Positions 57,374-64,000 of a stretch of 64,000 nucleotides of DNA are shown here, piece after piece (position 1 is the first letter of the stretch; each line of letters starts with the position of its first letter). Origin of the DNA: Acidobacteriota bacterium. GTDB lineage: Bacteria > Acidobacteriota > Vicinamibacteria > Vicinamibacterales > UBA2999. Location of the stretch: positions 206 to 64,205 of the forward strand of contig JANLWW010000153.1 in the NCBI GenBank assembly GCA_031364805.1. The letters are read 5' to 3'. Under the pieces are notes generated by a model. The model saw only the letters and a program-made list of their open reading frames with translations. It ran no database searches and was not told the origin of the DNA. A program made the translations under genes and the position numbers.

Positions 57374-58163
57374 CCGGGCCGCGCGCGGGTCAGCCGCGCC
57401 TGGGCGGCTCAAGCGGGGACGCGTCCCACTCGACCGTGCGGTCTCGAAGCTCGGTCTGGCCAGCCGCACGCAAGCGCGAGCGCTGATCGCCGAGGGACGC
57501 ATCGCGGTTGACGGCGACCGTGTGACGAACCCCGACACGCTGGTGGTGCCCGAGCGCGCCGCGATCTCGATCGACGGCGCGCCGACGCGCCGGCCGCCTC
57601 GGCTCACCATTGTCTTGCACAAGCCCCGCGGCGTCGTCACGACGCGCTCCGACCCCGAAGGCCGCAAGACTGTTTTCGATCTGCTCGACGCGGTCACCAC
57701 CACGGTGATGCCGGTCGGCCGCCTCGACATGGCGACCAGCGGGCTGCTGATCCTGACCAACGATACGCGGCTGGCAGACTGGCTGACCGACCCCGCGTCG
57801 GGCGTGCCGCGCGTCTACCTGGTGACCGTAGAAGGCCGTGCCGATGACAAGACCACCAGGGCGCTGGCAGCCGGCGTTCGCGTGGATGGCGAGCGGCTGA
57901 TCGCCGTCAGCACCGAAGTCAGAAAGGCGTCAGCCCGCGAAAGTCACCTGGTGATGACGCTGACCGAGGGCCGCAATCGCGAGGTCAGGCGGATGCTCGC
58001 CGCCGTCGGACACCGGGTGACGCGGCTGCGGCGGGTGCAGTTCGGCGGCCTGGAGCTCGGCACGCTGGCGCCCGGCGCCTGGCGCGAGGTGACGGCCGAC
58101 GAATTGCGGCTGGCGTTTCCCGGCCGCCCTCAGCCCAGGAAGCGAGCGCCAAGTCCGAAGTAG
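57357..58163 (+). CDS. Pseudouridine synthase, RsuA/RluB family (S4 domain plus catalytic GRLD); start uncertain
   Basis: LDRAVSKLGLASRTQARALIAEGRIAVDG (S4). MPVGRLDMATSGLLILTND. Confidence 0.85.
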   Translation: MATTANRAARGSAAPGRLKRGRVPLDRAVSKLGLASRTQARALIAEGRIAVDGDRVTNPDTLVVPERAAISIDGAPTRRPPRLTIVLHKPRGVVTTRSDPEGRKTVFDLLDAVTTTVMPVGRLDMATSGLLILTNDTRLADWLTDPASGVPRVYLVTVEGRADDKTTRALAAGVRVDGERLIAVSTEVRKASARESHLVMTLTEGRNREVRRMLAAVGHRVTRLRRVQFGGLELGTLAPGAWREVTADELRLAFPGRPQPRKRAPSPK

Positions 58164-59116
58164 AACATCAGCGTCGCCACATCGGCTGCGGCCAGCACGA
58201 CGGGACCGGAGGCAATGCGCGGATCGGCCTTCGCCACGCGGAGAATAGCGGGGAATGCCACGCCGAGCAGGCAGGCGACCATCATCGAGAGAGCGATCGC
58301 CGCGAAGATCACGGCGGCGACCACCGTTTCGCCGCGCCACACGATCACGACAGCGGCCACCAGTGCGCCACAGCCCACGCCCAACAACGCCGCGATGCGG
58401 AATTCTTTCCACAGTGCCGCGAGCAAACGCTTCGGCACGAACGGACCGTCCGTGAAACTCTGCAAGGTCAGGCTGAGTGCCTGCATGCTGACGCTTTCTC
58501 CAAGCGCAAGGACGACCGGGATGAATAACGCGAGCACGACCACCTCCTGCAGCAGGTGTTCGAACCGGCTCGCGATGAACGCCGCCATCAGGCCACCGGC
58601 AAGGTTGCAGAGCAGCCAGGGGAAGCGATCCTTGAACGCATCGAGGGTTGACCGCTGCGCGGTGCCGTGCACGCCGATCAGCTGAAAGATGTCGTCGTAG
58701 GTCCGGCGGGCCAGGTCGATGACCTCGTCGGTGAAGAGGCTCACGTCAACTACGCCCAGCAGCTGGCCTTTTGCGTTGACCACAGGAAAAGCCAGCAGGC
58801 GACGGGTGGCGAAATACTCGCTGGCAATCAACACGGTCGCCCAATCGGGAATGGCCACCACGTTGTCGATCATCACCGCGCCAACCTGGTGTTCGGGCTC
58901 AGAAGTCAGAAGCCGCCGGGTCGGGACCACTCCGATCAGTTGATGATCGCCATCGACCACGTAAAAATAATGGATGGAACTAGCGTCGGCGGCCGCGCGG
59001 ATGGCCCGCAAGGCCTGGTCAATGGTCTGGTCGGGAGTGAGAACCACCTGCGGCGGGCGAGCCAGCGGGAGTATGGGCTCGTGCAACTGGGCGGCGGATA
59101 GCTGAGCAGCAGGCAT
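58130..59116 (-). CDS. MgtE-family magnesium transporter (CBS pair plus TM domain, no N-terminal MgtE_N domain)
   Basis: 328 aa. CBS-like LIGVVPTRRLL and LLGVVDVSLF. TM domain ALFIPVVLALGESVSMQA, DPRIASGPVVLAAADVATLMFYF. Confidence 0.8.
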   Translation of the reverse strand: MPAAQLSAAQLHEPILPLARPPQVVLTPDQTIDQALRAIRAAADASSIHYFYVVDGDHQLIGVVPTRRLLTSEPEHQVGAVMIDNVVAIPDWATVLIASEYFATRRLLAFPVVNAKGQLLGVVDVSLFTDEVIDLARRTYDDIFQLIGVHGTAQRSTLDAFKDRFPWLLCNLAGGLMAAFIASRFEHLLQEVVVLALFIPVVLALGESVSMQALSLTLQSFTDGPFVPKRLLAALWKEFRIAALLGVGCGALVAAVVIVWRGETVVAAVIFAAIALSMMVACLLGVAFPAILRVAKADPRIASGPVVLAAADVATLMFYFGLGARFLG

Positions 59117-59157
59117 GTCCTACCATATTCGGTATTTTCCGACCTGAATCAGTCTTT

Positions 59158-59985
59158 CTACACGAAGAAGTCCGGCATCAAGTCCTCCTCCCTGACTCCG
59201 GCCGCCCGATAGTCCGACAAGTCGATCACTCCAGATTCGCGCAGCACTTCCTCATCGAGCAGGAACCGGCCGGTGCAAGCCCGGCTCGGCTGCGTCAGCA
59301 CCCAATATGCGGCGTCGGCCATGATGGCCGGTGACCGCGTGATGCCTCGCGCCGCCTGTCCCGCGATCAAGCGGATAGCCTCGGTGTCGATCGCCGTCTT
59401 GGGCCAGAGGGCGTTGACCGCAACGCCTTGAGGGCGAAACTCCTCGGCCATGCCTAGCACGCATAGCGACATCCCGTACTTGGCCATGGTGTAGGCGACA
59501 TGTGGCGCCAGCCACTTCGCCTGGAGAGTCGACTGCAGCGGCGGCGCGAGGTTCAGAATGTGGGGGTTGCTCGACTTCAGCAAATGCGGAATCGCCTTCT
59601 GCGAGCAGAGGAAGGTGCCACGAGTGTTGACCTGGTGCATCAGGTCGAAGCGTTTCATCGGCGTCTCGAGCGTGCCGGTGAGCGCGATCGCCGAGGCGTT
59701 GTTCACCAGGATGTCGATGCCGCCAAAACGCGCGACCGCCGCGGCCATGGCGGCGTCCACCTGCGCCTCGTCGCGAATGTCGACCGCGACCGCCAGCGCC
59801 TGGCCGCCCGCTTTCTCGACGTCAGCCGCAGCGGTGTGAATGGTGCCGGGCAACTTCGGATGCGGTTCGGTGGTCTTGGCGGCAATCACGACGTTGGCGC
59901 CATCGGCCGCGGCGCGAAGGGCAATGGCGTGACCGATGCCTCGGGAGGCGCCGGTAATGAAGAGGGTGCGGTGCTTGAGGGACAT
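59158..59985 (-). CDS. SDR family NAD(P)-dependent oxidoreductase
   Basis: LFITGASRGIGHAI, NNAS, YTMAKYGM (YxxxK). 275 aa. Confidence 0.88.
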   Translation of the reverse strand: MSLKHRTLFITGASRGIGHAIALRAAADGANVVIAAKTTEPHPKLPGTIHTAAADVEKAGGQALAVAVDIRDEAQVDAAMAAAVARFGGIDILVNNASAIALTGTLETPMKRFDLMHQVNTRGTFLCSQKAIPHLLKSSNPHILNLAPPLQSTLQAKWLAPHVAYTMAKYGMSLCVLGMAEEFRPQGVAVNALWPKTAIDTEAIRLIAGQAARGITRSPAIMADAAYWVLTQPSRACTGRFLLDEEVLRESGVIDLSDYRAAGVREEDLMPDFFV

Positions 59986-60030
59986 GGCCCGGCCATTCTA
60001 GGCCACTCGCCTTGGATATACTCTCGCCTC

Positions 60031-61263
60031 ATGAGCGCACGAGAGGTCATTGCCGACCTGCGAGAGCTGGCCGCCCTTACGTCCACGCCCGATGGCGCGC
60101 AGCGGCTGGCGTGGGGGCCGGTCTGGCGCGAGGCGCGGCACTGGTTCAACGGCAAGCTGGCGGCGCTGGACATCACGCCCGAGATCGATGCGGCCGGAAA
60201 CAGTTGGGCGACGCTGAAAGGCACGTCAGCGCGCACGGTGATTATCGGCAGTCACCTGGATTCGGTGCCCAACGGCGGCTGGCTCGACGGTGCCCTGGGC
60301 GTCATGGCCGGGCTCGCGGCGCTCAGGATGTACAGGAACCAACGGCCGCCCGTGACCATCGCGGTGGTCGATTGGGCCGACGAAGAAGGCGCTCGGTTCG
60401 GTCGCAGCCTGCTCGGCTCGTCCGCCGCGGCCGGGGCCCTCGACGTCAGTGAAGTCGAACACCTGGTCGACAAGACCGGCGTGCGGCTGGTCGATGCACT
60501 TGCCGAGAACGGCATCGAACTCTCGCGCATGCACCAGGCGATCGGCTTTCTCAAGGCGATCGACGCCGCGGCCTATCTCGAGCTGCACATCGAGCAGGGT
60601 CCCGTGCTCGAAGCCATGAACAAGCCAACCGGGGTCGTGCTCGGCACGTTCGGCGTTGAGCGGCACCTGCTGCGATTCACCGGCCAGGCGGCGCATTCGG
60701 GTTCGACGCCCATTCCGATGCGGCGAGATGGGTTCTTGGCGGCCGCTCAGAGCGCGCTCGGCTTCCGCGACATTGCCCTCAAGCACACTACCCCAGATGC
60801 CCGCGTGGTCTGCACCGTCGGCACCGTGAGGGTCGAGCCGGGGATTGTGACGGCGGTGCCGGGCGTGTGCGAGATTTCGCTCGATCAACGCGCGCTCGAC
60901 GCGGGCGTGCTGGCGAACATGCTGGCCGATGCCCGCGAGGTGGCAAGCCGGGCGGCGCGCAACAATAACGTGTCGGTGGAATGGCAGCGGGTGTGGCAGA
61001 TTGACCCGCGGCCGTTCGACCCGCAGTTGATCAAGTTATGCGCCGAGGCCGTGCGAGAGGTCACCGGCGACGCGCCGCACCTGCCGTCAGGTCCCCTGCA
61101 CGACGCGGCGGAAATGGTGCCGCACATGCCTGCGGTCATGATGTTCGCCTATTCGTCGAACGGCCTGTCGCACTGCAAGGAAGAGGACACGCCAGAGCCG
61201 CACCTGCTCAAGACGATTGAGGCGTTCCTGCTGCTGGTGACGAAAGTGGTTGAGAGGCGGTAA
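60031..61263 (+). CDS. M20-family amidohydrolase (allantoate amidohydrolase / N-carbamoyl-L-amino-acid hydrolase type)
   Basis: ATG 60031. IIGSHLDSVPNGGWLDGALGV, WADEEGARFG, FTGQAAHSGSTP. 410 aa. Confidence 0.85.
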   Translation: MSAREVIADLRELAALTSTPDGAQRLAWGPVWREARHWFNGKLAALDITPEIDAAGNSWATLKGTSARTVIIGSHLDSVPNGGWLDGALGVMAGLAALRMYRNQRPPVTIAVVDWADEEGARFGRSLLGSSAAAGALDVSEVEHLVDKTGVRLVDALAENGIELSRMHQAIGFLKAIDAAAYLELHIEQGPVLEAMNKPTGVVLGTFGVERHLLRFTGQAAHSGSTPIPMRRDGFLAAAQSALGFRDIALKHTTPDARVVCTVGTVRVEPGIVTAVPGVCEISLDQRALDAGVLANMLADAREVASRAARNNNVSVEWQRVWQIDPRPFDPQLIKLCAEAVREVTGDAPHLPSGPLHDAAEMVPHMPAVMMFAYSSNGLSHCKEEDTPEPHLLKTIEAFLLLVTKVVERR

Positions 61264-61328
61264 GGTCCAAAACGAAAGGCGCGGCAATGCGCCGGGCCTT
61301 CGGTCTCTAGTCGGTGCGAATCTGCGCT

Positions 61329-61637
61329 CTATTCGACGTAGCTGTAACCGCAGTTCTCGCACACCCACATGCGGCCTTGCTTATACATGTTGTAAGCGCA
61401 CTGCGGGCAGACGCGATACTCGCGGCCTTCGGCGTCTACCAGCTTCTTCTCGTCCTTCTTGTCGCCGTCGGCAAACGGATCCTTCGGCTCTTCCTTCTTC
61501 TTCTCGTCTTCGGGCTTCTGCGGTGCCTGCTGGGCAAACGCGGGAAGTACCGACACGCCGATGGCGGCGGCAAACATGGCCGAACCGCGGAGGAAGGAGC
61601 GACGATCGAGGCCCGAACCGTTCAGATTTTCGAACAT
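61329..61637 (-). CDS. Small Tat-signal protein with charged linker and C-terminal 4-Cys zinc-ribbon/rubredoxin-like knuckles
   Basis: MFENLNGSGLDRRSFLRGSAMFAAAIGVSVLPAFAQQ, then KPEDEKKKEEPKD..., then VCPQCAYNMYKQGRMWVCENCGYSYVE. Confidence 0.6.
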   Translation of the reverse strand: MFENLNGSGLDRRSFLRGSAMFAAAIGVSVLPAFAQQAPQKPEDEKKKEEPKDPFADGDKKDEKKLVDAEGREYRVCPQCAYNMYKQGRMWVCENCGYSYVE

Positions 61638-61718
61638 GAACACTGGTCTCCCTGGAATCCGCGTCTGGCTACGCGAGTGCCGAGCTAAAGCCCGGGCTAC
61701 CAAGAGTATACCGCGACC

Positions 61719-61770
61719 AATAAAAAAACCGGGCGGGGACACTGCGGCTCACTTCAGATGCCCCACCCGG
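61719..61770 (-). terminator. Intrinsic terminator (minus strand): CCGGGTGGGGCA...TGTCCCCGCCCGG followed by TTTTTTTATT
   Basis: ~10-bp GC stem plus T7. Downstream of the sdh-linked hypothetical gene. Confidence 0.65.
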
Positions 61771-61921
61771 TGCTTCCCCTCTGTCGTTGTAGGCAGAGAA
61801 TACGATGTCACATTGACGCGGTTGTAATCGTTTGTCTTGGGGGGCGAGGTGTGGTCTCGCGCCACGCTGGAGATTCGGTCTGTCCCCAATCCACCATTTG
61901 GTGAAAATGGGGATCTGACCC

Positions 61922-62425
61922 CTACTCCAGCATCACGGGGGCGGTGCGTTCTTCGTCAACCACCAGCAGCTCGGGATGGCGCTCGAACAGCCGCGCGCAG
62001 GCGTTCCACCGCAGCAACGCGTCATCGTTGTCGGCCGGCTTCACCGCTTCAGCTCGCTCGAAGGCATGCATGGCTTCGCGCAGCCAGTCACCCGCCGGCA
62101 AGGCGCGACCAGGACCGCTCTTGCCGAGCAGCGCACGGGCGCGACGCTCGGCCACCAGGCCACCAAAGTAGGCACGCTCGTATTCCGACGGCAGCTTGGC
62201 GACCAGGTCCTGGGCCTTGCTCACGGTCTTGCCGTCCTGGTGGGGGAACGAGTCGGTCAGCGCGAGGATCAGCATGCGCGCGGCGTCGGCGTTCGCCGGG
62301 TCGGCGCTCAACACGTCTTCGCAAATGCTCTGCGCCTCCTCAGGCTCGTTCAACAGGCGATAACGCTCGGCCTTGGCCAGCGCCAAGGGGATCGCGGAGG
62401 TCGAGAGCCGCTTGAGTTCGAACAT
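61922..62425 (-). CDS. Hypothetical helical protein, last gene of the sdh/frd cluster
   Basis: ATG 62425. MFELKRLSTSAIPLALAKAERYRLLNEPEEAQSICEDVL... 167 aa. The ORF-track N-extension overlaps sdhB and is rejected. Confidence 0.5.
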   Translation of the reverse strand: MFELKRLSTSAIPLALAKAERYRLLNEPEEAQSICEDVLSADPANADAARMLILALTDSFPHQDGKTVSKAQDLVAKLPSEYERAYFGGLVAERRARALLGKSGPGRALPAGDWLREAMHAFERAEAVKPADNDDALLRWNACARLFERHPELLVVDEERTAPVMLE

Positions 62426-62454
62426 AAAGGCCGCCTTTCGCGGTTCGCGATTCG

Positions 62455-63201
62455 TTAGCCGGTGATCATCCGCAGTAGCCGGCTCACCGGATCGTAGAAC
62501 CGATCGACCACACGCTCCTTGAGCGGGATGATCGCATTGTCGGTAATGTGAATGTGCTCCGGGCACACTTTGGTGCAGCACTTCGTGATGTTGCAGTAGC
62601 CGATGTTGTGCTGGTCCTTCAGATCCTGCAGCCGGTCGTCGGTGTCGAGCGGGTGCATCTCGAGCGCCGCCGAGTAGACGAAGAAACGCGGGCCGATAAA
62701 CTCCTCGTGCTTGTCGTGGTCGCGCAACACGTGGCAGACGTCCTGGCACAGGAAGCACTCAATGCACTTGCGGAATTCCTGCACCCGATCGATGTCGCGC
62801 TGCGCCATGCGCCAGGTGCCGTCCGCTGCATCAGGCTTGCGCGGCTTGAACTTCTTCACGCCTTTCTTGACCCGGAAGTTCCACGACACGTCGGTCACCA
62901 GATCCTTGATCAGCGGGAACGTGCGCATCGGCTCGACGGTGACCGGCTCGTCCAGGTTGATCGAATTCTAGCGGCTCATGCACATCAGCCGCGGCTTACC
63001 GTTGATCTCAGCCGAGCACGAACCGCACTTGCCGGCCTTGCAGTTCCAGCGGCACGCGAGATCGGGCGCCTGCTCCGACTGGATCTTGTGCACGGCGTCG
63101 AGCACGACCATGCCTTCGGAGATCTCGGTCGTGTAGTTCTTGAACGCCCCGGAGCCGCCGCCGGGCTCGCTTCGCCAAATTCGAAAGGTCGCCTGGCTCA
63201 C
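62455..63201 (-). CDS. sdhB: Succinate dehydrogenase/fumarate reductase iron-sulfur subunit, interrupted by one in-frame TAG (62968-62970)
   Basis: ORFs 62968-63201 and 62455-62928 are in the same frame. Joined they read ...CRWNCKAGKCGSCSAEINGKPRLMCMSR*NSINLDEPVTVEPMRTFPLIKDLV...CIECFLCQDVC...CNITKCCTKVCP, 248 codons in total. Confidence 0.85.
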
Positions 63202-64000
63202 TGCTTCTGCTCCTCAATGACTTGCTTGAGCTCCGCGGGGATGTCCTTCAGCGGCAGGCGCGACACCTTCATCGAGCCATCCGCCTGACGCCTGGTGGCG
63301 ATGTTGAAAGTGCCAAACTCGGCCACCTTGTCGGGATAGTCCTCGCGGAAGTGACCGCCGCGGCTCTCCTTGCGCTCGATCGCCGACAGCGTAATCGCCT
63401 CCGAACAGTCGAGCAGGTTCCGCAAGTCGATGCAGGTGTGCCAACCGGAGTTGAACTCCCGGTGGCCGTCAATGCCGGCGCGCGAGGCACGCTCGTTGAA
63501 GCCGACCAGTTTCTTCACGGCTTCCTGCATCTCGCCCTCATTGCGGACGATGCCGACGAGGTCCTGCATGCTTTCCTGCAGGTCCTGCTGCACCTTGTAG
63601 GGATTCTCGCCGGCGTTACCGCGCTCGAACGGTTCAAGCGACGCCTTGAGGGCGCGCTCCACGGCACCGTCATCCACGCGGGGTGCCCCGCCCTTGCGGG
63701 CCAACTGTGCGGCGTACTCGCCGGCGCGCTTGCCGAACACGATCAGGTCCGACAGCGAATTGCCGCCCAGGCGGTTGGCGCCGTTGATGCCGGCCGCGCA
63801 CTCGCCAGCGGCGAACAAGCCAGGGATGGTCGACTCCTGCGAGTCGGCGTCCACCTTGATCCCACCCATGATGTAGTGCGTCGTCGGGCCCACTTCCATC
63901 GGCGTGGTCGTGATGTCGAGGTCCGCCAGTTCCTTGAACTGGTGATACATGCTCGGCAGCTTGCGCTTGATGTGGCCGGGCGCGTCGGAGATCTTTTCCT
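63198..64000 (-). CDS. sdhA: Succinate dehydrogenase/fumarate reductase flavoprotein subunit (C-terminal part; 5' end beyond the window)
   Basis: HYIMGGIKVD, LFAAGECAAGINGANRLGGNSLSDLIVFG, ESRGGHFREDYP. Confidence 0.9.
   Translation of the reverse strand, partial: EKISDAPGHIKRKLPSMYHQFKELADLDITTTPMEVGPTTHYIMGGIKVDADSQESTIPGLFAAGECAAGINGANRLGGNSLSDLIVFGKRAGEYAAQLARKGGAPRVDDGAVERALKASLEPFERGNAGENPYKVQQDLQESMQDLVGIVRNEGEMQEAVKKLVGFNERASRAGIDGHREFNSGWHTCIDLRNLLDCSEAITLSAIERKESRGGHFREDYPDKVAEFGTFNIATRRQADGSMKVSRLPLKDIPAELKQVIEEQKQ

Noticed and set aside
62961-62970. A GAATTC (EcoRI) site directly abutting the in-frame TAG of sdhB, considered as a sign of a cloning or vector artefact.
   Set aside because: No vector-like or linker sequence flanks it, and the surrounding codons translate into normal SdhB sequence. 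It is treated as coincidence.

Overview
High-GC (roughly 65-70% by eye) chromosomal segment from a Gram-negative bacterium. The protein families look Acidobacteriota-like, but that is inference only. About 65 genes are supported, mostly housekeeping.

Main blocks, in order:
- lolB-like/ispE/tRNA-Gln/prs/ctc cluster.
- LPS-heptose genes: GT9 heptosyltransferase, O-antigen-ligase-like protein, heptose-7-P kinase.
- A hydrolase and dehalogenase-type gene group.
- purH, a cold-shock gene, and selA.
- A large hybrid histidine kinase, response regulator and PP2C phosphatase module.
- A 12-kb nuo (complex I) operon.
- A large PDZ/membrane/GAF Ser/Thr kinase.
- lhr-nei.
- fdhD, terC, yajQ.
- The start of an sdh/frd operon.

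No rRNA, CRISPR array, intact transposase or integrase was found.

Most unusual points:
1. The tightly coupled nuo operon lacks nuoG and nuoI. It carries a fused nuoE-nuoF and has a GmhA-type SIS (sedoheptulose-7-P isomerase-like) gene translationally coupled between nuoC and nuoD.
2. The sdhB/frdB gene is interrupted by one in-frame TAG.
3. A 130-bp direct repeat of the purH 3' end brackets a 2.8-kb accessory islet holding gene fragments and a decayed ParE-type toxin next to an intact antitoxin.
4. A second decay zone downstream of lhr-nei contains AbiEi-like, truncated nucleotidyltransferase and SNF2-helicase fragments.
5. A family of intergenic elements built from tandem 8-11-nt units, some arranged as long inverted repeats, sits exactly at gene boundaries.
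6. A canonical intrinsic terminator lies inside the cold-shock gene leader.

All homology calls are from motif recognition by eye. No database search was run.
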